A stretch of DNA of 64,000 bases from the human T2T-CHM13v2.0 reference genome, Homo sapiens. Under the pieces are notes generated by a model. That model was not told the DNA's origin. It did not search any database and worked only from the letters and a program-made list of their open reading frames with translations. This document shows positions 1-14,049 of this stretch, one piece after another. Location: assembly GCF_009914755.1 (NCBI RefSeq), contig NC_060934.1; one strand, written 5' to 3'. Within the stretch, counting starts at the first letter, position 1. Every line of letters starts with the position of its first letter. Made by a program: the position numbers and the translations under genes.

Positions 1-96
1 GGGAGGTCACGGGAATGGGCACAGGCGTCTCCCTCCAGCCGCACTTAGGTTTTCATGAGGACGGGTGCAGAGAAGGGGATGAAACCGAAATGCTGT

Positions 97-458
97 GGGG
101 CTGAGGGGAGGAGGGGAGGGATGCAGGGCTGAGGGCTGAGGGGAGGAGGGGAGGGATGGACACAAGGCCAAGGGGAAGAGGGGAGGGATGCAGGGCTGAG
201 GGGAGGAGGGGAGGGATGCAGGGCTGAGGGGAGGAGGGGAGGGACGCAGGGCCGAGGGCTGAGGGGAGGAGGGGAAGGAAGGACGCAGGGGCGAGGGGAA
301 GAGGGGAGGGATGCAAGGCTGAAGGGAGGAGGGGAGGGACGCAGGGCCGAGGGCTGAGGGGAGGAGGGGAGGAGGGGAGGGACGGACGCAGGGCCAAGGG
401 GAAGAGGGGAGGGATGCAGGGCTGAGGGGAGCAGGGGAGGGATGTAGGGCCGAGGGCT
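97..458. repeat. G/A-rich minisatellite, ~28-bp unit (gggctgaggggaggaggggagggatgca), G-quadruplex-prone
   Basis: Directly visible degenerate tandem units. Source of the Pro-rich ORFs 7..624, 45..569 and 53..397. Confidence 0.9.
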
Positions 459-3047
459 GGCCACTGCCCCTTGCATCCATGCCCCTATGAATGCTGCCAA
501 AATCAGCCCCAACAGTGAGAAGTGAGGTGGATGAAAGAGGCGGACAGACTTGGCTTCCACAGCCTTCACAGATTATACAGTCATTAAAAATTCCTTCTGA
601 GTTTTCATCTGGAAAACTTTGCAAATATATTTAGAGACAAGAGGTCAAAGATGAAGCCAACACAGTTGGGCTCGAACCGCCACCCTGCTCCTTCTCTCTG
701 CACCCGGGACCCGCCCTGAGCCCCTGAGTGCGAGGACTCGGGAACTGCCCAGCCCAAGGGCGCAGCCCCTGACCAGAGAAGGGAGCCGCACGGCGAGGCC
801 CCCAGCACATGGATGGAGGGATCTGTTATCTCGGTCCCAGGGTCCCAAGCGGGGAAGGCCTGGGGCTCCCAGCTGAAGCTTTGCTGTCACCTCTGTCACC
901 AAAGTTGAGAAGGACTGAGTGGGACCAAAGCCGGACCTGCCAGCTCCTCGGTGGCTGCAGATGGGGCCCTCACGCTGCAGGTGGGACCGTCTAGGGGAGC
1001 CCACAGACAGCATCAAAAATCACAGCCACAAGTGCTCCAGGGGCCCCAAAACACAAGCACAGCCTGAGGAAGGCAGCGCCCGCTCAGCTCCACATCCAGG
1101 CTTTTGTGCCTCACTCAAGAGGCACACAGCACCAGAACACGGCTCTTTAAGTGCCTTTCTAGGGTGTACGAACACAAAGTGGGGCCTTGAGTGGCTTGGA
1201 AGTCACTCCCACCAGCCCACGGGGGCCCGGGCAGCCCCTCTGGATGTGGCTGGAGTCTCTCCAGGGCGGGCTCCAAAGTCCCACGGAGGAGGCGAGCGTC
1301 GGTCTTGCTCTGACCTGAGGCAGCCCCCTGACAAGTATGCTGAATATGCAGGCACACAGCTGGCTGACTCATCTGAAAGGGACCTGCTGAGCCACGAGCC
1401 AGGGACGCTTGGAGAGAACCTGACTGACACATGAACCCTCCCCAGGAGCTCACCTGGGGCACCCACGAGAAAACTACGGAAGCTGTGAAGACGGAGGTGT
1501 GCATGTGGCCGGGAGAACCCGGGGGGGGAGCCGCACTGGGGACAGAGGGGTGGGCCCCACGAGCAAACGAGGGAGGCGCTCGGTGCCCTGAAGGCCCCGC
1601 TGCACCCACAGCTGCAGGCCTGGCCGGCGGCGCAACCTTGGCTGCCAGGGCCCAGGAGCATGTGTGTTGGGCAGGAGCTGCCCAGCCCTCCTGGAGCCGC
1701 ACTATGGGCACCGTCATTTTAGACGCAGGTGCCTGATATTAACGATGACAATCAACCATGCCACCCTGAATTACAGCCGTGTCCTCAGCGGGTCACTGTT
1801 TACGCTGACAATTACAAACAGCTTGAACTCACTGTCCCAAGAGGCAACAAGCCCTTCATTATCACGGCCGCAAGCCTCTGCGCAGCCCTCCTCCCCCGCC
1901 GCTTCCCGTCAGGGCAACGTGAAGTCCCATGACAGTGACTCAGAGCCAGCACAGTAGCTTCAGTGCAGAAAAAAAATCACAAAAACTCAAATACATCCTA
2001 AAAATGGGCAGTTGGTAGGAGCCGATTCCTAAATTAAACACTGTTCGGAGGCTTTCTGGGCTAGCACAGCTCTAATAACAGGCTTACGCTTTCTGCTCCC
2101 TGTGAAAGGCCGCGAAGAGGCCGGGCTCTGCCTTTCTGCAGGCTCCCCTACGGGGAGCCTGCCCTGTGGCCTCGGTGGCCTGTGCCAGACAGCGTGACCG
2201 TCGCCCACAGGGAACACTCAGCACAGCAGAGCAGGCTCGGGGAAGGACAGAAAGTGACCTCTAGCCTGCAGAAGATGCTAAGCCATGCACGGCCTCACGC
2301 ACACTGCGCTTCAATCACGGCTGAAGCAGGAACGAGCTCTTAATAGTTCCAGTAAATGCAAAGGCCGCCCTGGAAAACTGCGTGAACCTTTCTGACTACT
2401 CACAGGTGGGGAGCCACTGCCTAAGACACAAAGGTAAAGAAGTAACCTGAAACTGCATATTATAAAACTTACTTTTAAATGAGGGCACCTAATTTAAAAG
2501 ACTCCCAAAGAACACTGCATTAGAAAGTGACAGAGTGAAACCATGAGGCTGACCACAGGAGTCCCTGGAAATTTCACCAAATGTTGTGTCAAAAGAGCGT
2601 TTTGCAAGCTGGGACACAGAGAACTGCACCTGATGAAATATTCAATTAATCACTTGAGTCCTCCCCACATACGAAGCTATTTACAAAGTGTTCCCAGAAG
2701 GTAAAGTGAGCAGGAGGTCTGTGAACACACAAAGCAAGATCCACTTCGTCCATGGACCACGACAAAAGAAACGCTAACGAGGGCTGACACTAACGAGTGC
2801 CGATGACATGCTAGAGTCCAGGCCTCCATGTGCACCTGTGACGGGGACAGTCAGGGTCTCACTGTCCAGATGGGAAACTGGGGCGGAAACACCAGGGAGC
2901 CTGTCCCAGGGTGCAGAGCCAGTGAACAGTGGTTCATACTGGGCCAATCCCAGCTGCCAGGCTCTGGGGCTCCTGGGGACAGAATCCTGTTGACTTCACT
3001 CTGGGGTGGGAGGGGCGGCAGCATCCCCCAAAGGCACCTGGAGAAGT

Positions 3048-3155
3048 GGTGTTACCCTCCATCCCCCATCCTCGGTGTTACCCTCCGTCCCCCCGTCCCC
3101 GGAGTTACCCTCCGTCCCCCGTCCCCGGGGTTACCCTCCATCCCATCCCTGGTGT
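3048..3155. repeat. ~26-bp tandem repeat x4 (gttaccctccgtcccccgtccccgg)
   Basis: Seen directly. Confidence 0.8.
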
Positions 3156-3341
3156 TGGTCACCATCCTCCTCACCTCCAGGCCCCTCTCCTTGTCCTCCC
3201 TCATTTTCCTGTTCACCGAGAGCATGTCACATGACTCTTCCCTTTTCAAGAGGCTCAGCTGCACCCAGAGGCATTCCGGCCTATTCAGGACGGGGGACAC
3301 ACCCTGGGGAAATGCCTGCATGGGGCCAGAAGGGCCTGAGC

Positions 3342-3456
3342 CCCTCTCACTGTTGCCCAGGAAGGATGGAACACCCCACGGTCACGCCGATTGTCAGGCC
3401 CTCTCACTGTTGCCCAGGAAGGATGGAACACCCCACGGTCACGCCGATCGTCAGGC
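3342..3456. repeat. 57-bp tandem duplication x2
   Basis: ccctctcactgttgcccaggaaggatgg... starts at 3342 and 3399. Confidence 0.9.
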
Positions 3457-4699
3457 AGGATGAAAACATCGGTGTCCAAAATGTTTTTTTCACTACAACT
3501 GTTTGGACCATTCGTGAACGAATCAGTTAAATACCAAGAAGGGCCATTCCCATTTATTCTTTGGCTACAGTTTTCCACCCACCAGCTACCACGCTCCTAG
3601 GAATTACTCCTAACGCAGTATCAGTGCCTTGTGCCTTTTAGGAAAACCTCTTTCCCTCCAGCTTTGTCCTCCTTCCACAAAAGGTGCCTCTGACTGCCTC
3701 GCTCGCCGTACCAGGATTTCGCTCGGCTATGGAGGAAAATCTGCGTGGGGCTCAGAGATGGGTGGTCCCCGCACACGCAGTGGCTCTGTAACATCCTCCA
3801 AGGAGCCTGGCCCAGGCCTGCCCCACACACCAGGACTCTGCCTTGTGGCCCTCAGGCCCCCGAAGCTGCTTTCCCTCCAGGCGTCATGCCCCGGGCAAGA
3901 AGGCCGGACAAGGGCCCAGGGCTGCTGTGGGTCGGGAAACCCTCCCGACACCTCCCTCTCCAAAACCCCCCATCAGCATCCCAGCATCTGGACCTGTGTC
4001 ACCAGCCGCTCTGCCGTACAAGAGAACTGGATTTTCAGCTGGGTTCGCTGCTTCCCTAAACAAAGTAGGGTTTTGTTACTGAGGAAAAAGGAAAAAGCGG
4101 GCATCTTCTTGGCAACCTCGCGACATCCAGCCGCCGGTTCTCACCACACCAGAGATGTCCACCCAGGGCAGACAGTGTCTTCAACCGAGCGCCACTGACC
4201 CAGAAGTGCAGTAATTAGTACACTTTCACCAGAGTCACCCACTCCTTCACCTTTACACCCAAGAATAACATGTTTGCCAGGCAAATTAGATGTCCGGGAG
4301 GTGTAAGGGAAACCCCAAGCCTGCTTTAAGCCTCAGACTTTTGAGATCGTTGAGGGCCGTGCACGCAAGAGCGAGGCTGCGCCCAAAAGCTCTGCTCCTG
4401 CCAGACGTCACAAACAGACCGCACGGCTCAGCCACGTGGACGCTTACAGGACTTCACGAGAGGCACCACCGTGGTACACGTGAAGACGTGCACTTCATTC
4501 AGCCTCGAACAGACCACGCCCTCATTACGGGGTTGGTGACCCACCTCCCACCATCAGTCCCCCACCTCACCCAGGGTCTGTGTCTGCATCTGTAACGACT
4601 TTGCTGTTTTACCGGGGTACTAAAATGCAGCATCGGAATGTTTAAAGGTCTTTAAATATCAACACTCTGGGTCCAGTTTTCGGCACTTTAATGCGGACA

Positions 4700-4840
4700 C
4701 TCGATGCAGGCCTCACTCACCACTCTGAGGTAGCTCATACCTTTCCTACCTAACCAAGCGAGAAACTGAGGCACAGAACGTGGCAGGAAAATATGCAGCT
4801 TCTAAGTAGCAGATTAGGATTCAAACCAGTGCTCTTCGTC
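4700..4840 (-). mobile_element. MIR SINE relic
   Basis: gagaaactgaggcacaga...agtagcagattaggattcaaacca resembles the reverse-complemented MIR core. Confidence 0.55.
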
Positions 4841-6154
4841 ACATTGCTGACCTACCTCTCAGGCTGAGATAACGTCCAAAATTAACCAGGTAGAACAGTG
4901 TTCCATAAATCAGCCAGAAATGGTCCTTGTGGATGGGCCTGTGGTTATTCCCTGAAGAACGAGACCATTGGCCCAAAAATCCACCTGTGTCACATTCAAA
5001 TGTTTACATATCCAATTATTTAAAAAATACCCCAATCAAGCATGTTTACAGCCATTTACAGCCATATAGATTATCTGCTTTGGTGACAATCAACCCAAGA
5101 CCTCTGTTGGCAACGGGCATCGTGCCAGGTCCAGAGAGGGTGGGACAGAGACACAAACAGGAAACGCTCTGTCCCTGGGAGCCTCGCTCTGATGGGCCTG
5201 CGGGGACATGGCACAGACCATGCGGCACAGGCGGAAGGCGGGGACACGGCACAGACCGTGGGGCACAGGCGGACGGAGGGCCAGGAGAAGGGGCTGTGCT
5301 GCCAGCAGGCAGTGCTTTGAGCTCTAATGGATGAACATTGCTAACCAGCGAAGGTGGAGAGAGGGCACCCGTCTGAGAAGATGAAGAGGCAGCAAAGCAC
5401 AGCTGGCCTCGGGGAACCGGAAGCCACAGGGACATCAGGCTGTGTGCTGCTGTCTGTCGGCCACCAGCTGGGGGACTATCCTGGACCTGGAAGGGCATCC
5501 CTGACACTCCCCACCAGATGCCAGGGGCACCCCCAGCCCCAGGTGAGAACCACGGATCCCATGGCGAATGAGGTCAGCCTGTGGGAAGTGGGGCTGGGAC
5601 TGCTCTGCACAGCTTAATAGGAAAGTTGGGTTCTATTTGGTGGGGTTTTGGTCATGCCAATGGCTGGTCAGGGCTGTCCGTGAGGAACTGATTTGAGGAC
5701 AAGTTAGAGAAGGGGCTGCCGAGGCCAGTGGGGCACTCGCTGTCTGGGTCTAAGAAAAAGAAAATAAAGGCTGGTGATGTGACAGTTGGTGGGAGCACAG
5801 ACGGAAGGAACTGGCGGTGGAGACACACGGTTGGCCCTGCACAGGGCTACGGTAGCTACCTGGGGGTCATCCTATTAATTCTCCTCATGGTCCCAAGAGG
5901 CGGCTGTGAGGATCCCTCTCCTGAGGACAAAACTGCTCCAGAGCCACACAGAACCAAGATCCGGGCCAACTCCAAAGCGGGCGATCTTGACCCCTCACCC
6001 GTGGTCCTGAGGCAGGGATCGGAGCCCCCTGGACACACAGACACTCCCAGGAACTGCAGGAATGGGAAGTAGATACCCCAGACCAGCGGCAGGACCCAGG
6101 GTTTCTGCCCCTCAGGGCACACTGGGACCAGCCACTGCATAGGTGGACACATGG

Positions 6155-6389
6155 TGCTTTAACCCACACTGGGGGAAGGAAGCCCTCACTCTCAGAGTGG
6201 AGACCACAGCCTCCAGCAGGCCCAGCCTCACTGCTTTAACCCGTACTGGGGGAAGGAAGCTCAAGCTGTCAGGGTGGAGACCGCAGCTTCAATCAGGCCC
6301 GGCCTCACTGCTTTAACCCGCGCTGGGGGAAGGAAGCCCTCGCTCTCAGGGTGGAGACCGCAGCCTTGATCGGGCCCAGCCTCACTGCT
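6155..6389. repeat. 77-bp tandem repeat x3
   Basis: tgctttaacccNNNctgggggaaggaagc starts at 6155, 6232 and 6309. Confidence 0.9.
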
Positions 6390-6669
6390 GGGCACAGCCT
6401 GAGGATCGCCATACATGATGCTGAGGTGTCCCAACGTTGGGGTGCCCAGAGCCACTCAGCCGAGAATGTGGTGCTTTCTGTAACTGCCCTCATTTCTTTA
6501 CAGTATAGATCTGGACTCCATCCTTTGCAATGTGTGGGGTTCTAGGAAGAGGCCAGCCAGCCGTGGAAGTGTCCTGGGCTCTGTCCCGGAGACGACGAAC
6601 TTGGCTCCCCACGAGGGCGGCCTATTCCCCACAGTGTCCCCCGGGGGCCACACCTGCACCCACCTTGCT

Positions 6670-6748
6670 GAAGATAATTCGCTTTCTCATCCGTGAAAGA
6701 ATAAAGTCGGACTAACTCATCTCCACACTCACTTCCAACTCTAACAAC
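6670..6748 (+). mobile_element. MIR/MIR3 relic
   Basis: gctttctcatccgtgaaa...ggactaactcatctc...cttccaactctaaca resembles the MIR3 core and 3' end. Confidence 0.5.
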
Positions 6749-8943
6749 CTGTGTTAGGAAATCAAAGGTAAGGACTCTGACCACAAACCCAAGAAGCAAA
6801 ACCCGAGACTCACGGAACGACGCCACCATTGCAGTTCCCAGCTTGACTAGTTGTTTTTCTTTTCTGGTCTGTTCTGCTCTTTTGGTTTAAATAATTAAAG
6901 ATCCTTGTTGACAAGTAAAAAAAATTCTTTATGAAGCTAAAAAAAGTGGTTCTAATTAAACATTTAAACATTCTTCCATATACTTTTAAAAACAGTTGTA
7001 ATTATAGCTCTACTTAATGTTAAGTACTTTAACCAAATGAAAGGTTAATTATACAGACTGGCAATTATAAAAAATAAGGTAACATATTCATGGCATTATG
7101 AATAATTAATAAGAACTCTTCGATTTCATTTAGACCAGGGATTCTGTGCTAATATGCTCTCAGCTGTCTTGAAATAATGGTGAAATTTTAAAATTAGTTT
7201 TGTACTTAAACATGTCCCCAAAGTGAAGCACAGCGGCCAACGTCCGTCACGGTGCCGAGCAGTGCCAGCCGCTCTACCATGGCCGACGGCCTGATTCCCA
7301 AGGGCTGCGTCCAGGGGCCGTGCTAGTGCAGTGAATGTTCAGGAAACAGACCAGGTGGCAGGAGGGAGTCTTGTCCTCAAGGAACCTCATAAGTCTTGCT
7401 AGGGGGACAAACAACGAGAGAATGAAACTGGCAGCCATAGAATCCGGGCCTTGATGCCCAGGCCTCGCCATGCATACCTGCTGGCCGGCATCTCCCTGAG
7501 ACCCGTCTGGCACAGGCAACGGCAGGGCCCGGCCCTTGGAGCACAGGGATGGCAGAGCAGGGTCATCGAAGCAGGTGGCGTGCAGACAGTGGCTTCTCCG
7601 CAAGAGCTCCTGGCTCTCAGGGAGCTGAGGGCTCCTCAATGGGGAATTCTGGCTGAGCTCCAGGGGAAAGCGGGTTGGAGGCCTGGCTCCTCCGCCCCCA
7701 TCTCCTCTGCCCCAACCCTGGAAGGGGGTCAGATATCAATGCTAACATTTGTGCTGACTCAATTAATTCAAACGATTCACAAAAACAAACTTGCTTAAAG
7801 TATTAATTTCCTAAAAAGAACTAAAATGAGTTCAAATAATTCACATAATTAAATTATTTTAATTGTTAATTTAATTAAAACATCTCAGTTTTCAAAGCAC
7901 CACGTGCCTTGGTACTTTCTCCTTATTACATGTCCCATCTTCCAGGGAGGTTTCCTTCCACCCACTGTAGCAGCGGATTCTGGTGTCTCGGGTGTTCCCA
8001 GGCTTCCGTCAGCCCCTGGGGGGTTTACAGTTCTGCAGCAGTCTCCATCCTAATTAATCTGCATAAGAACATCCGTCCGCAGGGATGTCCTGTGGCCCTG
8101 TGGCCACGTCTGACATGCAGCTAAACACTGGACGTGTCACCTGGCGACAGCGGATGATGAAACTGTGGGCAGGGTAGCACCTCTGGGCGCCAACACTCTT
8201 AACATGTTTTTTTTTTACAAGACCATTCTTTAATGGGTGAACCCTGAAAGGAAACGCTAAAGATTGTTTTTAAATATTTTTATATAGAGACAAATCTTTA
8301 TCAAACATTCACTCAATGCTAAATGTCACTTCTCCAGCCAACCCCTTTAAAAAATACCTAAAACTAAGACTGGAATGACACCTTCAAACACATACTCTAA
8401 TAATGCATTCCCGGGAGCAGAGAGAGCTTAGCAGCTTAATGTTTTCATGATATACAAGCATGAAGTTTGGCGAAGGCATTTTCATATGTTTACCTGAATA
8501 TTTTAATAAAATCAAAAGATCCCTTTCACTTTAATACTCTACTTAGAATGTAATTTTCCATTAAATAAATAGTCAATGTTCTGTAACCCACATGCTGATA
8601 AACTTCAAAACTTTAGAAAGTATTAAGCGTAATCAAAGATTACTTTTAATTTTTGAGCTGGGAAGAGCCTGTGCCAGGGAACAGAGTTGAGATTGAAGAG
8701 ATAAAAGCACGATTATTTTATGAAAGAAAAGCGAAATTCATAAAAGAGACCATGTGATTCTATAAAGCAACACAGAATCCGTTTTCAGAAGAGGCAAACG
8801 TGGACCACAAAACGCCAGTGTTGCCTGTGAAGAGAGAAACAGTTAAAAGGAAGAATTCGCGGTGGCCCAGTATAGGTCAAGGTGTGGGAGGACAGGGAGG
8901 CGATGAAATGATCCTCCTTCTAACTTCCCAGAAAGGTACAAGC

Positions 8944-9640
8944 GGCCAGCACTGTAACTGGAAACCACGCGGGCACCAGCGTGAACTCAGACCCGACAGC
9001 CAGCACCGTAACTGGAGACCATGCGGGCACCGGTGTGAACCCAGACTCCACGGCCAGCACCGTAACTGGAGACCATGCGGGCACCGGTGTGAACTCAGAC
9101 CCGACGGCCAGCACCGTAACTGGAGACCACGCGGGCACCGGTGTGAACCCAGACTCCACGGCCAGCACCGTAACTGGAGACCACGCGGGCACCGGTGTGA
9201 ACCCAGACTCCACGGCCAGCACCGTAACTGGAGACCACGCGGGCACCGGTGTGAACTCAGACCCGACGGCCAGCACCGTAACTGGAGACCACGCGGGCAC
9301 CGGTGTGAACCCAGACTCCACGGCCAGCACCGTAACTGGAGACCACGCGGGCACCGGTGTGAACCCAGACTCCACGGCCAGCACCGTAACTGGAGACCAC
9401 GCGGGCACCGGTGTGAACCCAGACCCGACGGCCAGCACCGTAACTGGAGACCACGCGGGCACCGGTGTGAACCCAGACTCCACGGCCAGCACCGTAACTG
9501 GAGACCATGCGGGCACCGGTGTGAACCCAGACTCCACGGCCAGCACCGTAACTGGAGACCATGCGGGCACCGGTGTGAACCCAGACTCCACGGCCAGCAC
9601 CGTAACTGGAGACCACACAGGCACCGGTGTGAACTCAGAC
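8944..9640. repeat. 54-bp CpG-rich VNTR, ~13 copies (ggccagcaccgtaactggagaccacgcgggcaccggtgtgaacccagactccac)
   Basis: Seen directly; 18-aa periodicity in the ORFs of several frames. Confidence 0.97.
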
Positions 9641-9996
9641 GCAACGGCACCCTCCTGGGCTGCTCCAGCCACCACCAGAACCCGTTCTGCAGCTGAACTC
9701 GAAGCTGATTCTGGAAGGAACTGAGGAGGATGAGGACGAGATCCTTCTACCTCAACCGGGATCAATTTTTTAATGATTTCTTTCTTTTAGAAAAATGTTA
9801 ATAAGATACTTTGTTCTAAAATGACCAGGATTTCAGCAGCTTCTACATTTCTTCATGTCAATCAAAGCTTAGGCACGTGGGTTACTTCACTGTTCTCTGC
9901 ACCCTTTCCAAATAAAACCCGGGGCCGCCTGTGTACCCAAGAGCCTGGGCACTGAGCAGAGAGAGAAAACGTCCAGGGCAACAGCGTTCACATTCC

Positions 9997-10112
9997 GGCG
10001 GTGCCATAGAGCAGACGGGGGGAGTCCGAGGCGGTGCCGCAGAGCGGACGCGGGGAGTCCGAGGCGGTGCTGCAGAGCGGACGCGGGGAGTCCGAGGTGG
10101 TGCCGTAGAGTG
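9997..10112. repeat. 33-bp tandem repeat x~3.5 (ggcggtgccgcagagcggacgcggggagtccga)
   Basis: Seen directly. Confidence 0.85.
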
Positions 10113-11214
10113 GATGGGGAGAGTTCGAGCCACAGGTGGCCACGCCTCCCCTGCCTCCGGCCGGTGCCCACTGCTCACGCATTCCTCTCTCGGCCCATCC
10201 TGAGCCAGGGGGCCCTCGCGTCACCCAAGGCCACTGCAGCACCTCCAGGAACAAACCACCCACAGATGGACTGCTCTCCATGCAAGGTGCAAAGATTGTT
10301 TTTAAAACTGCTCGGCTCTGGAACTTATCCCAGTAACAGGCTAGATTAAGAAAACTGACTAAAAACAGTAGGAGGAAAAACTCCCTCCACCCATTGAAGC
10401 ACAAGAAATGCAAACAGCCTCTGAAATAACTGCAGACGAGTTTTCCTGGGTTAGGTACGCGGTGGGGTGACCCTACCCCATAGCGGGGCCCCGGCACACA
10501 GTGGGAACTGACGAACATCTCTGAATAAATGCGGGAAAATGCACTCAACTCCCAAACAGAGACAGAAACTGCTTTTTTTCCTTAAAAGCTTCTCTCTTTT
10601 ATTCTCAAAAAGACTCTCTTTGGTGGCTTCACTGCTGAAGGGACAAGCCTGTTGTCCCCCTCCAGCAGGCTGGCCGCCTTCCAGAAAGCAGTCCTGGACA
10701 GTCTCCAGATCCTATGGCCCTCACATCCACCTTGCCTAGTGATCCCGCATTATGAAGCCTAATCATCAGAAAGAGCCTCCCAGTCCACAGCTCAGGAGTG
10801 GCGTTTTATTCAGGGAAACACTAATAAAAACCTGGGGCTCAGCGTCAACGCTGTCCCCTAGATACTGAGGCTCCACACAGATGGCACACAGACAGGCCTC
10901 ACCCCTTCCTGGTGCCCCAAGTCTCTCCTAACATTTTATTAGCTGAGTTTTCTGGCGGTTTGTTACTTTTCACCTGCCCGTCCAAGGCAGCTACACTAAA
11001 CTACTTGTCCAGGGCAGATCCACTCGTAATGACCATCAGCTCAGAGTTGGAAGTAGCGCTGGAGAATGAGGTGGTTTCAGGTTGCTATGCTTCCCTGCCC
11101 TCTCTTCCAGGGATGCCAAGTAAGTTTCTGCCGTGGCTGATGATGTCAGTACTACACTGAAATTAGTTCAACGGCAGGCTACCAATTAGTACTTACTGAA
11201 CAACGTCCTTAAGA

Positions 11215-11438
<224 letters not shown>

Positions 11439-12924
11439 TGATTCTCACGACACTGTCAACATCTTAAGTTCTTCCGGAGGGTAGCGTAAAATTATCACAC
11501 ACAACGTAAAGCCAATTAGATCAACATTCTGTCCTCACCGATCCATACCTAAATCCTTATTTCTAATTGGCCCCCAATTTTTCAGAATTTAAGAAGACTG
11601 AGAGGAATAACCACGAACAAGCAAGATTTACGCAGACGTCAGTCTTCCCAACTCTCGCTCAGGAACTCACCCCAAACTCCTCCTGTGGAATCAGCCTGGA
11701 TAACAGTCCCTGGTGGCTACACAAGAACAGAGAGAGGATTCCACGAACCCATGACACACCCCACCCTCCAATCCAAGGCAGAGGAGAGAGGCGGACAGTC
11801 ACAAAAACCAGAAGAGCAGGGAACTGTGATTCTTCTGATTTAATGTAGGTGATTGGGCCAAAAAACAAGGCAAATCCACCTGTGAATGGAGTGGGCTCCC
11901 AGCTGGCTGTGGATATGAAGGAACTCACTTTCCTGCACACTGAAGTCCATCAGCGTCTCCACATCGGCCGGCACCTGGGCTGTGATCGCCCCTCACAGAC
12001 TGGGATAACAGTGGCCTCATCTGGACAGGTTGTCAAGGATGGATGGATAGACGTCCTGGACAGACACTGTACAGAGACCAGGGACTGGGCAGGGGGAGGT
12101 GGCACAGCCTTAGGGCCAGCAGGGGCGAGGCCGGGAAGCCGGGTCTCTGGGGCGTTGAGGGCCCATGGGGGCCTGGGCGAGGGCCTGCGTCTCCTCATCC
12201 AACAGAAGCAGAAGCGGCCGCCCAGTGTGGGCTGCAGCTGCGGGGAAGCAGCTGGTATGACACAGCAGGAGGCCGTGGCCAGCCCTGGAGGAGGGGCCCA
12301 GCTGCGGGCACTGCCCCAGGAGCCAGCATCCTGAGCCCCCGGGGAAGGCGGGAAATTGCCCCTGGGCACTGGGCGCTCAGGCTGGAGGTGGTGAGACCTC
12401 GAGGCCCTGCAGTCAGGGAGGCGAGGGCAGAGGTGGCCAAACTGCAGCTCAGTGAAGGGTCTTGTCAGGAAAGACCCCCAGAGGCTGCCTCACCGGCCCA
12501 GGGGAAGTTACTTCCAGCCCAGAGGCTCAACGGGGTCCTCGGTGGTGACACTTAACCTTGTCCTCTGACAGACGATCATCGAGATAGAGTCACTCAAACC
12601 TCTGCCAAGCTCTGCACCCAAGTGAAGCCGTTACCACAGATGCTGAGGCAGGCAGTGCTCATCTCAAAACTGTACAAGTGGTTTCTTTAGCCAGTTCTCC
12701 ACATTCTTAATGACAATCCACACTACATGTGTGTTTCCAGCATCAACCTGTGCTCATAGCTACATACAAAATAACTTTATCACAAGGAAAACTAGGTGGT
12801 GAACCCAGGAGGAGGAAATCCCCACAAGTCGACAGAACACCAACGGCTCGTCGGCTCGTCGGCTCTTCCCGGCTGAACCCAAGGGTGCTTGGCTTGACTC
12901 ACTTCCATACCAATTTCCAGATGT

Positions 12925-13480
12925 ATTTTTACTTTCCCACATTTTCATTATGAAAATGTTCAAACATATTTAAAAAGTGGAAGAACAGTACAATGAGTGG
13001 CCAAGTTTTCTCCACGTGGAGTTCCGACAACTAACATTTCGGTAGATTTGCTTTCTCACTCTCTCTCTCTGTAGATTATACAGAGAGACAGATTCGTTTC
13101 TCCTCTGGAGCCAGTTGAAGGTGACAGGCTCCTGCCACCTCGCCGAGTCCTCACGCACGCGTTCCCTAAGAATAAAGGACCCTCTGCAGCCGCAGAACCA
13201 TCATCGGCAGACAAGAACCATTTCAGAGCATCGCTGTCCACTTTATATTCAATAAGCACAATTCTCCCGAAAACGTCTTTTCTATCTGGGCCACACACTG
13301 CGCCGAGTGACTCTCCTTCCCCATCTTCGTCAGGGACAGCCTCACACCCTTTATCTGTGATGACTTTTCGAGAGTCTGGGGCCAACGTCCTGCAGAACGT
13401 CCCCCAGATGCATCTGTCTCTCAGGGCATCATTAAATTCCCTCTTATGCACCTCAGTTCCCTGTAAACAGGAAGTTTCAG
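12925..13480 (-). mobile_element. Ancient L1 (L1MC-like) 3' end relic
   Basis: ttttcattatgaaaatgttcaaacata...agaacagtacaatga and cctaagaataaaggacc motifs resemble a reverse L1MC 3' end; highly diverged. Confidence 0.5.
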
Positions 13481-13807
13481 TCTCGAGGCGCAATCACCTT
13501 CCGTCATACACTTCTCAGCAGCTTCCCGGTGAGGCTGCTGGTTCACGAGGGGCGGGAGCTCCTAGTCCTGCTCCCCGACGGCATAGCTGCGACCGGCACC
13601 ACATGGGACTCGTGTGCACCAGCACCCACATCCCCGCATCAGAAACACCTGGAGGGGCCGCGGGCAGCCGAGACACCTGGAGGTGTGAACTGCACAGGCG
13701 TGGGGCAAGAACAGGGTCAAATCATAACATAACGTCTGATTCCACACGGTCCCACCTGCGTAAGATGGTGACATTTCCCTACCAGGTATCTGAAGCCAGA
13801 AAATCTG

Positions 13808-14049
13808 ACAGAAAATTCACAACCTGCCTTTGTCCACCTAGGCTGCTGTAACAACACACCATAGGCTGGGCGGGGGCTGACAAGCAACAGAAAATTCACA
13901 ACCTGCCTTCGTCCACCTAGGCTGCTGTAACAACACACCATAGGCTGGGCGGGGACTGACAAACAACAGAAAATTCACAACCTGCCTTTGTCCACCTAGG
14001 CTGCTGTAACAACACACCATAGGCTGGGCGGGGGCTGACAAGCAACACA
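13808..14049. repeat. 79-bp tandem repeat x3 spanning the terminus of a MaLR LTR
   Basis: acagaaaattcacaacctgcc starts at 13808, 13887 and 13966. Confidence 0.9.

Noticed and set aside
8800-9765. Mucin- or adhesin-like repetitive ORFs
   Set aside because: Artefacts of the 54-bp VNTR.
11040-11090. Similarity between agagttggaagt...tggagaatgag and the reverse of 6715-6748
   Set aside because: A short match probably due to shared MIR-like ancestry or chance; not a meaningful inverted repeat.
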